This document shows, piece after piece, positions 13,961-26,885 of a DNA stretch of 64,000 bases. Location: NCBI RefSeq assembly GCF_009914755.1, contig NC_060926.1; one strand, written 5' to 3'. This DNA comes from the human T2T-CHM13v2.0 reference genome, Homo sapiens. A program made the position numbers and the translations under genes. How positions within the stretch are numbered: position 1 is the stretch's first letter; each line of letters opens with the position of its first letter. The notes under the pieces are model-generated. The model was not told the DNA's origin. It did not search any database and saw nothing but the letters and a program-made list of their open reading frames with translations.

Positions 13961-15310
13961 AGGGGAGGGGGGTAAGTAAAACAGTCAAGGTCTAATTAGT
14001 TACCTGAAATGATACAGATGTACACAAACATCTAGGTGTTGGTGGGATGGCAAGACACGTCCCGAAGTAGTATTTTGTTTAGACAAGTGCTTTTTCCAAT
14101 CAAGAAAATAAAGGAAAAGTGAGGGAGAATCAAAAGAATCACTCTTTCCAAACACTAGCCTCACTATTTGACTTCCTACCTCTTTTTTTTTTGTATTAAA
14201 AGTGCATTTCGTTAGTCCTAATTTCATCTCATTCCCCCATATTCCTCTTAAGTACTCTCAGTCATTCCACTTCATAGCCCTCTGTGCACTCATTTGCTGC
14301 TGGCATCAGGTTCACCTTCAATCCTGAGTGACAGATTTGTGAAAGAACCCAATTAGAACCCAGCTAATGAGCCCTCCGTGGGCTCCCCTAATAGCCAAAT
14401 GACTGTTTATTTTCATCTTTTGAAAAAGAAAGAGACTGCAAGTCAAGAAAATAGTTTAGAATAAAGAAGCGCTAATTGAATCAGAAAAACACCTGTGCTC
14501 CTCATTCTATATTTATTTATGTACTTTAATCTGATGTTGTTTAAAAGATGCAAAGTGTTTTAAACATGTTAATTATGTGCTATAGGAAAACAGACTCTCG
14601 ATAAAAACTAAGAATTAGCAGTAGTAAGAAAAAAATAATAACATCAAGGCATGAAGTAATTTTATAGCCTTTTACCCTGGAGTACTTTTCATATGAAGAT
14701 ACCATACGAAATATGCTTTTAAAAAATGCTTTTATCATATTATGATGCTACAGTAAAAGTGAGACATATTCATAGGGTGTTATTTGCAAACATTTACATA
14801 TTTGAGTGAAAAATATTACCCAGTAAATGAAAAACCCTAGATTGTCATTGAAAAATCATAAAGTGTGCATGTCATCTTCCTTCCTTCCTTCCTTCCTTCC
14901 TTTGTCTTTCTTTTTTTTCAGTTCCAGAGAAGCAGCTGTTAGGTGTACATTTGATGCTAGAGTAGCTGGCTGCACTGACAAGCCACTGGAATTCCAAGGT
15001 GACAATCATTTTATTTTAATTGTTTCTAAATGTGCAATGACTGCAGGAATCTCTAACAATGTGAATTTTTAATAACCTATGATTACCGTGTACTCCTCTG
15101 CCTTTTATACTCATCAGAAACATAGACACCAGCTGTCTCCTTCTAATAAGAGATCTCCTATTATTGTGAAGGAATAATCTGTTGTTGATAATGTTAACAC
15201 TATAATCCAATAACAGAATCTCTTCCTATATAGAAGACCAAGAAACCTTTTTGGATTTGACCTAGGTGAACACAAGACTATTTCTATTCAGCTTCAATTT
15301 GCCCAGCTGA

Positions 15311-15763
<453 letters not shown>

Positions 15764-16448
15764 GTGGGTACCATTTTCAACTCCACCACAGAAGTGCCGC
15801 TTGATAAGACACTTTGATATGTTTCCATAACTTCTTCCTACATATCCCATTTATGCCATTATCAGCATCCTAATCTGTAGAATGAATCTTGCAGGATGGT
15901 TATTCTAGAAATACATAGCAACAATGTGACCAATGTATATGGCAGTTTGGCACAGTGAAAAGAAACACAGCATGTAAAGACAATTAGTTTGAGTTCATAG
16001 AAAGTTTATAATTTATGGGATTTCATTGTGAATAATACCAAAATTCTGGATCGCAGGGGTAGACAGTGCCCAAGGCACACGCAAAAATACAAATTTTATC
16101 AAAAATATTCAAGTATACAGGCTCAGCTTAAAATGATAAATTGTCCTCATTTTACTTACCAGGGCATTCTTCAACAGAATTGACCCGAATGGAAATGACC
16201 CTTAACTAAGAAATGGCCAAAGTTGCAGCATAAAACTTATGCATGTAAATAATGGAGGAAATAGGAGTCAAAGAAATGAAGAAAGGAGGCCGCCATGTAT
16301 CAGAATGGTTTGTTCTATGGCCTCAGAAATATTACAGATGAGATGCATTATCTGAGGATAATATTCAAGAATAAATAAAGTAAGAGACAAAAAGAAGATA
16401 AAGAGAGGCAACTTTTGGTTGCAGAATGCAGGAAACAAGAGAAAAATA

Positions 16449-16739
16449 CAGTTCTCCCTCGGTAAAGCAGAGTGCAGTGGGGAGATTGAAGGACTACTTG
16501 CAGTTACCAAAATTCAGGTACCCGCATGGCCCTCAGTCAGCCCTTCAGAACCTCTGGATATGAAATGTCAGCCCTCCAGAGGGATGAGTTTCATAGCCTG
16601 GGAACACAGTAGTTTCAATATGCATTTCGTTGGGAATGCAGAACCTGCCAATATGGAAGGTTAATTGTATTTATTGGGAAAAAAATGCCCATATAAGTAA
16701 ACTGTGCAGTTCAAAATCATGTTGTTCAAGAGTCAACTG
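16449..16739 (+). mobile_element. MER8-like Tigger MITE
   Basis: TA|cagttctccctcgg ... gttgttcaagagtcaactg|TA termini with TA target duplication. Confidence 0.75.
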
Positions 16740-16783
16740 TAAAATAAATACAAAGGTAAAGGCACATTAGAAGCAGTAAATTT

Positions 16784-16828
16784 GCCAGGCACGGTGGCTC
16801 ATGCCTGTAATTCCAGCATTATGGGAGG
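16784..16828 (+). mobile_element. Alu 5' stub (45 bp)
   Basis: gccaggcacggtggctcatgcctgtaattccagcattatgggagg, then an abrupt end. Confidence 0.85.
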
Positions 16829-17038
16829 AATTTTTTTTTTTCTTTCGAAAACGAACTTTAGTTTCTTAACCTTTCACATGGCAAGAGAAGTTATACAGTT
16901 AATTAGCATGTGAGCAACAAACAGAACTAAAAATTGTTTTTCTAAACTTAATCTTGTATTTCAGGTAAGCTGTTTGAAAATGTAAGATAGAGTAGCATAG
17001 TTTGACATTGGTGTTTATGGCGCTTTTTATGATCACAG

Positions 17039-17340
17039 TTTTTTTGGTTTTTGTTTTGATATGGGGTCTCGCTCTGTCACCCAGGCTGGAGAGCAGTGGC
17101 ACAACCATAGCCCACTGCAGCCTTAACCCCCCCAGGCTCAAGCGATCCTCCCATGCCAGTCCCTCAAGCAGCTGGTATCACAAGCGCGCACTACCATGCC
17201 CAGCCAGTCTCTATATCTCTATAGAGAATGAGGTCTCACCATGTTGTCTAGGCTGTTCTCGAACTCCTGAGCTTGAGCAACTCTCCTGCCTCGGCCTCCC
17301 AAAATGCTAGGACCACAGGATTGAGCCAACACACCCGGCC
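17039..17340 (-). mobile_element. AluJ
   Basis: J diagnostics ggggtctcgctc, catagcccactgcagcc, ggctcaagcgatcctcc and ctgagcttgag. Confidence 0.93.
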
Positions 17341-18394
17341 CTCAGATTTGTTTTTAACGCAGTACTCACAGACAGTATTTTAGCAAAGTGCTTAAGAGTA
17401 TACAGTCGAACCAGTTACACGGGTTTAGCTCATTGCATTATACATTAATGGTTAGTATAATAAACTGTGTATAAAATAAAAAATACTAGTAAATGTTTCA
17501 AATACCATATATATGTACATATATATGATATATTTGATATCATAAGAACATGTTTCCACCTGGAATTACTAACAATTTAGTTTGGACTTGGAGTCCCACA
17601 TACAATTGCTTGTGCTCTAACTTTTCCTAATTGCACAATCTTTGGTAGGACAAATAATCTTGCTAAGCCTCAGTTCCTTGTCTGCCCTGGGCAATGGCAC
17701 AGATCAACTGGATCTGGAGTTAAAATATTTATATAAACAGCTTAGTCTACAAGTGGGAAAGATTATTTACTTTCATTATTTCTGCTCACATAGTGAGCAA
17801 TAAAGTAGAAGGACCCAGATTATTTCTCCCAACAAAGAAATTCTGTCAAGATAAAATATCTCAGACAAATAAATGGAGAATGTTATGTTCTGAGCAATAT
17901 GCTCAACTTTATCAAAAGCTTTTTACCTCATAGTTAATATATCACTATTCCCTTTGAAGGCTTTTTTTTCCTCTAGGGAGTTCCACTCTTCAAAATTCAG
18001 CATCCTGAACTTCTCTTTTCTTTCACACCAAACGTCAGGTATATTCTAACAATCTACCCTTATATGATAATATCAAAAGAAACAGGAAATCTTAATTTTT
18101 GTTGTTACCCAAAGGGCAGGACCTAAGTGAGACTTCATGCCATCAGAGACACCTTGGTAACCCTAAAATAATAAGTTTAATTACCCATTAAAGAAGGGGA
18201 TTCCAACCTCTCTGTATTCTTTCATTTCATGCTGCTCCATTTCTTATAACTATCTGTTACATTCCCAACCATAATTGCCACTCCAATCCTAGACCTCAGA
18301 CCAATCTCAATTAAATCATTCCTGGGGCACAAAACATTGAAAAAGGATCTTACCTCCCCTGCCTCAAGTGAATAGTCATAGAAAGAGTACAAAA

Positions 18395-18600
18395 GCAACC
18401 ATTTATTGAATGCCTACTGTGCGATGGGCACTTTACTTCCCTTATCCCTGGAAGGTAGATTCAGTGTCCATTTAGCTAATGACACAACTGCAAATCAGGG
18501 AGTTAAACAGCTTGTCAAGCAGCTGTTACTGCAGGTCAGCAGAGCAGGGGTTCAGACTTTCATCCACCTGCCTCTGAAGCCTGCCTTCTTCCATTCTACT
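18395..18600 (-). mobile_element. MIR
   Basis: catttattgaatgcctactgtgcgatgggcact...gggagttaaacagcttgtcaag...cagagcaggggttcaga. Confidence 0.7.
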
Positions 18601-18669
18601 TTATTACAAGTGAAATGTTATGGCTATCTCATTATTTACGGTATGAGAGAAGTTTAAAACAATGCAGAC

Positions 18670-18830
18670 TTGCTGAGTCTCATTTTCTTCATTTGTATAG
18701 CAGACCCTATAATATAATACCTATACCATAGATAGATTTTATTATGTAATCACATACATACAATATTTAAGCACAGTTTGTGGCATATATGAACTACTCA
18801 ATAAATGTTCACTATTTTTCGTAACTATTT
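18670..18830 (+). mobile_element. MIR
   Basis: ctgagtctcattttcttcatttgta...gcacagtttgtggcatatatgaactactcaataaatgtt. Confidence 0.7.
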
Positions 18831-20312
18831 TTATTGTTCTCTTTATAGGTCTATCTGAAAATTTAATGAATGTGATGTGCCAGCCAAAAAAGGGTATTCA
18901 ATATATAAGGCCTTTCTCCATGCTTACAATGCCTACAAATGTACACAAGCTTGGCACCCATTCATGTAGTGAGATTTGGCTGCTCAGCTTTTCCTCCAGA
19001 GCCAGACTTTGTAGCTGTGGCAGTTTGCTAAGTGTCTGGTTATCCCTAGGTAATGGATCTCATACCAGGAATAGATGTCTTTTCCTAAAGCCCCATGCTA
19101 TAAATGACAGAACAGTGTGCCTCACATGCTAGCCTCCAGGTATGTTCTAGGCAAATACAGGCTAGAGAATCATCTGGCCTTGAGGAATTAACCAAGGAAA
19201 AGGAAAAAAAAATGTTCAATGGTCTCTCGAGTTGACTGTCAAACTAGAATAACATGAATAACATTTTCTATTCTGTTGCTCCAAAAAAAAAGTTTAGATA
19301 AGAAACTCATCCAGTCCCAGCTCTGTGAAAAATCCCACATTAACTTCCTCTGGTAATGCCCACATCTGTTAGCTCGTTAGAGACAAAGTTGAATGTTACT
19401 TGGAATCAGTGTTGGGCAAATGATTGGATGAGACACGCAATCCTCATGGATTTGTTGCTAATTTATCTTTGCCAATCTTTACTAGCTTTAGCTCAGCAAA
19501 CAAGGATACAGTATCTGAGCTGGCGGCCAGGAAATTCCCAGGAAAGTTCTTGTGTCCCAGCTGCCCTTCTGAAGGTTTGGCGAGTTGGAGATGACTGGCA
19601 ATAATCCTGCCCAGCAGAGCCCAGCTGTGTTGGGGATGTAGATAGACTGCAGATGGAGAGATTCAGGCTGCAAGAGCTGAGGCTCCAAGACCTCACTGCT
19701 GGAGGTCAGAGAGAGGGGGGCGTTGACCCCTGCCAGCTACTAAGGAGTGTGGGCACTGAGAATTGGATTCAAGCTCCCTGTGCATGTATCACAGAAAAAG
19801 AGGGAAGTTATGGGTTTTTCCAAGTTGTTCAAATTGCCTTTATTTCTATAGGCAAGAGAGAGGAGAGGAAGAATGGCTGGGCGATGGCAAAACTGAGTAG
19901 CTTGTCTTCGCTTCTTCACCCAGTCATTGAAGAGGAGATCATTTCATTGGGATCATGTAGGATAATGTAGCTAACTTCTTAGAGGTTCTGTAGTCCACAA
20001 ATTTAGAATTCTAAAATAATCAAAGGAAATAATTTAAACAAATAGATCGAGTGAACACACACTATACTGATATGTATACTTTATTTTTCCTCTCTAGAAA
20101 TCATGCTTTTACCTGGGCTACAGTTGAGAGCAAGGTATCATAATGAAATAAAAACAATATTGATGTAAGACAGACAGGTGTTTGCATTTTAATTTGGGCA
20201 ATGAGCTTAGCCTTTCTCAGCATTAGTTTCATCAACAGTAAAATTAAAATGCTAAAAATGGCATTGTAAGGTTTATATTAAATCAAATTAATATTAAATA
20301 GTTATTAATTAT

Positions 20313-20580
20313 TTATAATTAAATTATTTTAATTAAAATATTATAATTAAATTATTTTAATTAAAATATTATAATTAAATTATTTTAATTAAAATATTAT
20401 AATTAAATTATTTTAATTAAAATATAATTAAATTATTTTAATTAAAATATTATAATTAAATTATTTTAATTAAAATATTATAATTAAATTATTTTAATTA
20501 AAATATTATAATTAAATTATTTTAATTAAAATATTATAATTAAATTATTTTAATTAAAATATTATAATTAAATTATTTTA
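20313..20580. repeat. 28-bp pure-AT minisatellite, about 9.7 copies (TTATAATTAAATTATTTTAATTAAAATA)
   Basis: Directly visible; units are identical except one 25-bp unit at 20425-20449. Confidence 0.97.
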
Positions 20581-20738
20581 GTTAATTAAAATTTAGTTAA
20601 ATTTCATTTAAATTATTTAACAATTATAATTGAATATCAAATAACTATTATTTGATATTTAATTTGATTTAATGTAAACTATTTATATAAATAGTTGTCA
20701 TAAGGTTTAAGTTAAATACAGCTTAAAAACATGGTACC

Positions 20739-21522
20739 TATTGTGGACTGAATGTTTGTGTTCCCCCAAAATTCATATGTTAATATATCATCCCCAATGT
20801 GATGATATTTGTAGCTAAGATCCTTGAGAGATAATTAGGTCATGAACGTGGAACGCTCATGAATGGAATTAGTGACTTTATAAGAAGAGGCCAAAGAGAT
20901 AGCTTGCTCTTTCAATAAATGAGGATACAATGAGAAGTCAGCAGCCTGTCACCTGGAAAAGAGCCCTCCCTAGAACACTACCATGATGGTACTCTGATCT
21001 CAGACTTCCAGCCTCTAGAACTGTGAAAAATAAATATTTGTTGTTTAAGTCACCCGATCTGAAGGAATTTGTTATAACAGCCTATATTAATCCATTCTCA
21101 CACTACTGTAAATAACTTACAATTACCCAGTCTCTGTGTAATTTATGAAGAAATTGAGGTTTAATTAACTCACAGTTCTTCAGGCTTAACAGGAGAATCC
21201 TCAGGAAACTTACAATCAGAAGGCAACTTACAAGCAGAAGGCAAAGGGGAAGCAAGCACGTCTGACCATGGTGAAGCAGGAGAGAGACGGAGAGAGGGAG
21301 GAAGTGCCACACACTTTTAAACCATCAGATCTCATAAGAACTCACTCACTATCATGAGAACAGCAAGGGGGAAGTCAGCCCCCATGATTCAATCACCTCC
21401 CACGAGGCCCCTCCTCCAACACATGGGGATTACATTTCCAGATGAGATTTGATTGAGGACGCAGAGCCAAACCATGTCATTCCACAGAGCCAAACCATAT
21501 TACAGCCCAACTGACTAAGACA
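20739..21522 (+). mobile_element. MLT1A-like MaLR LTR, interrupted by MSTA at 21083-21502
   Basis: ggactgaatgtttgtgttcccccaaaattcatatgtt start; resumes after the insert as cagcccaactgactaagaca; TSD gtacc/ttacc. Confidence 0.88.
21083..21502 (-). mobile_element. MSTA LTR nested in MLT1A
   Basis: tattaatccattctcacact...cagagccaaaccatatta; perfect 5-bp TSD cagcc (21078-21082, 21503-21507). Confidence 0.9.
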
Positions 21523-21572
21523 TTACCTAACATTCATTTAAAACATAATGTGGAAAAAAAAAATAAGATGAA

Positions 21573-21993
21573 TGTGTTAGTCTATTTGGCATTGTCATAA
21601 AGGAATATCTGAGACTGGGTATTTTATAAAGAAAAGAGGTTTATTTTGGCTCATGCTTCTGCAGGCGGTATTGGAAGTGTAATGCTGCCATCTGCTTGGC
21701 TTCTGGTGAGGTCTCAGGAAGGCAGAATCATGGCAGAACGCAGCAGGGGAGCAGGCATGTCACATGGGGAGAGAGGGAGCAAGAGACTAGGCAAGGTGGG
21801 AGGAGGGGGAGGTCCAAGCTCTCATGAAAATTAACAGAGTAAGAACTCATTTGTTACCACGGGGAGGGCACCAAGCCATTTATGAGGGATCAGCTCCTGT
21901 GACCCAAACACCTCCCACCAGGTTCTTCCTCCAACATTTGGTATCACACTGCAACACAAGATTTGGAGGGGACAAAACATCCAAATCATGTCA
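21573..21993 (-). mobile_element. MSTB-like MaLR solo LTR
   Basis: tgtgttagtctatttggcattg...ggaggggacaaaacatccaaatcatgtca; TSD atgaa/ataaa. Confidence 0.88.
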
Positions 21994-22981
21994 ATAAATA
22001 TGATTTTCTACAACAATAATTTTATTTTAAGTCAGCATGGCTGTTATTGCTTTGTTATTATCATTGTATAATAAGAGAACAAAAGGCTTTGCCACTTGCT
22101 AAAGAGATCCTATGTATCAATAAAGAGTCGAAAACAAAATAAGAATGGAGCTTTATTTTATGTCCCTGACATCACATCAGGAATCTATCCACCTTCACAT
22201 TGGGGTAGCCCTCCCCACCAAAAAATTACTATATAAAGTATGTGTGTGTGTGAATACACACACATACATTTATACATTCACATATATAAAATATTATAAA
22301 TGTTATATGTATATAAAACCTATGGATATAAATATCTATGTCTTGATCTATCTGTGTCTATCTATCTATCATTTATCTTTCCAACCCAGCAGCAGTAGTG
22401 CCAGCATTAATCCCAGGAATCCTACTCATATAAAAACTGAGATCAGGAGTTCAAACAGCCATGGGGCCACCTGGGGTCATTTTAACACAGTTGGCCATCA
22501 CCCTTGCATACCAAAAAGATGTGGAGATGGTCAGAATAATCTAACACATAGCATTAGTTTTGCTCTTTCTTAATTTCTTTCTCTCTTCCTGACACTCCAT
22601 ACCCTTTTTGAACTTGGAGATTATAAAAAAATCTTTAGAAACGTTCAACAAAAAGATATAACACAGGTGAAGAAGAATTTTCTGTTAACTTTTGAGCTAA
22701 CCTTTCCAAAACCAGTATGCTGTCTGATTATACAGCCTTCTGCTTCTGCAGCATTGACATAAATAAATGCATGAGAGATAAGAAGAGATCATCCACAGAT
22801 TGGAATTTCTCCTGGATAATTTATAGAAGTGTTTATCCATCAGCGTTCACCTCATAGAGTGAACTTCATAATTCCATAAGCTCAGAACAAAGATTCAAGT
22901 CTGGGGCTTATAGAAGATGTGGATGTGCTGACAGGCTTAGCTGGGTTCTGTGGTGGATGTTGGGTTTCTACAGCCCAAGGC

Positions 22982-23119
22982 GACGCTGAAAAGGCAGGGT
23001 AGAACTCACAGATGCTCCATTCAGTTCAGTGTTGCCCACAGTGCACAGATGCTGAAAAGGCAGGGCAGGGTAGAACTCACAGATGCTCCATTCAGTTCAG
23101 TGTTGCCCACAGTGCACAG
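22982..23119. repeat. Two-copy tandem duplication (66 + 71 bp)
   Basis: gaYgctgaaaaggcagggtagaactcacagatgctccattcagttcagtgttgcccacagtgcaca twice; the second copy has an extra caggg. Confidence 0.95.
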
Positions 23120-25794
23120 CAAATTGAGGCGCTTACATAGATTTTAATCTTTTCCAAAGAGGGGAGCGGTGTTCATGATGGCTGGGCTCATACAGAAGGG
23201 AGCAATATTGCAGGTGAATTCATTTCTGTCCTTTGGTTCTATAAAAGTCCTGGTGCCCACTATCAAGGCACTCAGCCTCTCATGCCTTCTATTGTAGTCC
23301 CTAATAATGAAAAGAATATGTGGGGGACCTTTGGTAATACTATTTCCTACAAGATGCCCCTTAAAAGTTGTTATGGAAAAGCATCCTGTATGGGGAAGGG
23401 CAAGGAAAATGCAGTGAGTCCTCTACACACACACACACATCTCTTAAGATCTCAAGACTCTGGCCACACAGCTCTAAGAGGCCACATGAACTGTCATGAA
23501 GGTCTGAGTTTTGACAGAAAAAAATACTACTGATGAGTTACCAGGGTAGCATTTGTAAAAAATAGAAGCAGGAGAGATATTTGTGGATGCACAAGGTAAA
23601 GGCAATATCCTTAAAGATCAGCTCCATGGTAGTCAGCATGAACTACCTGCCTTGGAGCTCCATGTGTCTCTCTGAGCTCGCTTGCACAGAGCTTGGCTTA
23701 TGGTAAGAATTAAATAAGTTTGTTTAAATAATTGTTATGAAGCATCACTGTAATGTTGGCACCCTGATAATATCTATTTTACATATTCCACTCTTTTTAT
23801 CCCGGGTTGTAGATAGACAAAGAATTACCTGTTGACATTACTTGTTCACAAATCCATTCAATAACATTATAAATATTTCTCAATCTGAAAAGAGTTAGAG
23901 GTGTCCCTTAATGAATAGACAAGATTTTTAGATGAGTGAAAAAGAAATAGAAAAGAATTGCTGTTTTTATTATCTACTCTGGCTGGTCATTGCCCTAGAC
24001 TAGCTATTTTATAGACTACTGTCCACTTAAACTTCACAATAGCGCAGCAAGCCAACGGTTACCATCCCAGGGGAGGCAAAATCTAACCTGCACCTCTGCA
24101 GGTTGTTACACATTACTTGTTATGCATTATTGCATATACAATCATTTAAAAAATCATTCTTATGTTTATACATTCGGCAATGGAAAGGAATTGAATAGTA
24201 GATAAGACATTCTTAGAAAGTATGTTCTGTCTTCCTTTGAAATTAATAGCGAGGTAGAATTTTAATTAAATACAATTTTAAACTGTCCTGAATTCAAGCC
24301 CTCTCATAAGTCTTCTGAATAGAAATGTAGAATCTTAACAGTACTATAAGGGTGAAAAATAAGAATTTTTAAACACCACCTCAGATATGTGTCTAGGTTT
24401 TTTAAAACTCTATCTATTATAACAACAAATAAATCTAGCTTATATAAAATATATAACCAAATATTTCTGGTGAGTCAAGTGTTCAAATTTCTTATCTGTC
24501 AATCAAAACACATTTGAGATTAATTGTTTGGACTCAGTTAAGAGACATAGATTCAATCTATTGTACAATTCTAATGGGGGAAGATACATGAAGAACAATG
24601 CCAAGAGCAACAAGTTAAATCCACAATGAGCTAGCTCCCTAGGCAGAATAGAACCCCAAATTATGTTCAAACTGTCAGAGGAAAGAATGTTGTACTGCGC
24701 ATCTAGAGCAAAGATATTTAACCATCTTTACCACTATCTTGCAGCATCACATTGGCCCAGCCATCTTTGCTCTCTGAGTCTCAGGACTCTTTTCCACAGA
24801 AACTTCTATATCAGTTCTGAGGGCTTTTTGAGTTTAAGCTCTACATACTTTCTACTTGACCACAGTAGACATTTTTAAGGAGTTCAGTTGCCTTAAATAG
24901 TTGAGATGAGACATAATTCAGGAAACCCTAACTCCTCCAAGGCATTCCATTCACTTACAGTAGGTGACCACAGTTCCAGGCTGGGTAGACTAATATGGAT
25001 GGTAACATTCATGCCCTGTAGTCTTGGTAAGACAGCTGGGCCCATGGCTGGGGGGCCTTGAATAGTGGTGTTGGATGAGTTTTTCAGGTAAATTAGATTG
25101 TGGCTTTAACTGAACCAAAAGTTATTTCTAACTAGATATGAGTTTACAGGCATGCAAAGTAGAGGCAGCTACAGCATGGCAAAAGAGCAAAACATCAAGA
25201 TATCTGGCTTCTTTGTACAACAGTGACTCATAAGAGCCTCCAGATCTTGGACAATAAAATCAATTTCCTCAACCTCAGTTTTCTCACATACAAAATGAAG
25301 GTAAGGATAATGGGTTTTTGGGTTGTTTGTAGAGAGCAAATTATCTATTATGGCAAAACTATGTGCTCTTTTTTCAGACATTATTAAGCAGTCAATAAAC
25401 ACTGGTGGTGAATGTAAAATTGCAGAGATGATGAAATGAGGGGTGAAAGGAATATGCTGTATATTCATGATTGGGCAACTAGAATGGCGAGGCCTTGTGA
25501 GAGAATCTAAAGAATTTAAAATTTAAAATTTCATAAGGCTGAAAATAATTATTATATATTAATTTATAAATCAGAATGCAAAACTATGTGGAGGAGCTAA
25601 AAGCAAATTGTGCTCCATATAAACAATGACTTTATAAACAAGAAATATATCCTGAAATAATATGCTACAGAATGACAACCAAAAATTAAAACCCCCTTTC
25701 TCTAAGTGTAATTACAGATAAACTTAAATATTCTAATATTTTGTGTACCTTACAAATGTCTAAAATAAGTTATTTCTAATTTTATAAGTAGAAA

Positions 25795-25995
25795 ATATAG
25801 TAACATCATATGTTCAAAATTGCTATAAAAATAGATATTTAACATTCTCACCACAAAATAAAAGAGTAAGTTGGTAAGATGATGGGAATGTTAATTAACT
25901 TCTTCTAATTTTTCTACAGTGCATACATGGATCAAAACACCACATTTTGCCCTGTAAATACACATAGTTATTATTTGTCAATTGAAAATAAATTT
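25795..25995 (+). mobile_element. L1MA 3' end fragment
   Basis: ttcaaaattgcta...ttctcaccacaaaa...gttaattaactt...atcaaaacaccacatt...ttatttgtcaatt. Confidence 0.8.
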
Positions 25996-26523
25996 ATTGA
26001 AAAACTACATTGAAAAGAGAGAGATGCAAAGTAATAAAAAACTAAGGGAGAACAGATAGAGCAGCTACTGAGTTTCAAACAAATAATATTTCAAACAGAT
26101 AATACTGAAAGGAGAATAGTATACATTTTTTAAGATAATCTTAAAAAATAATTAGTATGTGCATTTAAATAAGTGATCATATATTTTCCCAGGTCATTAA
26201 TTGGCAAACTGTTTTGTGAAATAGTCAAGATGCTACTTTCACTTTTGATCTAAGAAAAGACACCATACATAATTAACAGTACTGAGAGGTGAGCGAAAAT
26301 AGCACACTCCAATTTTTACACCTGCCCTATCATAGCCCTTATATACCTTTGTTATTACAATCTCCCCTGTTCCCTGCTCTTCCTTAAATCCTAAATCAAG
26401 AATCCCTTATTTCTAAAGTATTTATGTAACCTCCTTCTTCCCCTTTCACATAAAGGTAGGAGTTCAGGGCTTAATGGCATATTCCTTGGGTAAAGACAGT
26501 TCATTGTTTTCAATTCACTGTAG

Positions 26524-26885
26524 TATATGGGCTGAGCTGTATGACTCCCAAATTCATATGTTGACGTCCTAACCCCTAGTACCTCGGGATTCGACTGTGT
26601 TTGGAGACAGATCCCCTAAAAAGGTAATTAAGTTAAACTGAGGTTATTTGGGCGAGCTCAAATCCAACCTGACTGATACCTTATGAGAAGAGATTGGGAG
26701 ATAAGAAGAGACACCACAGATGCTCACAAAGAGGAAAGACACTGTGAGGATACAGTGAGAAGGCAGCCTTCTGCAAATCCAGGAGAGAAGCCTCAGAGGA
26801 CACCGAGTCTGTTGACACCATGAACCTGCTGTGTGAACAACCCACTTTGTGCCATTGTGTTAAGGCAGCCCTAGCATGCCAACGC
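26524..26885 (+). mobile_element. MLT1B-like MaLR LTR
   Basis: aaattcatatgttgacgtcctaacccctagtacctc...ggtaattaagttaaa...gagaaggcagccttctgcaa...gttaaggcagccctagca. Confidence 0.85.

Noticed and set aside
20313-20580. 28-bp repeat array as a CRISPR array
   Set aside because: Units are head-to-tail with no unique spacers, there are no cas genes, and the context is primate genomic DNA.
22145-22573. 142-aa ORF
   Set aside because: It runs through TG/CA/TA/TCTA microsatellites, with no recognisable domain or splice context.
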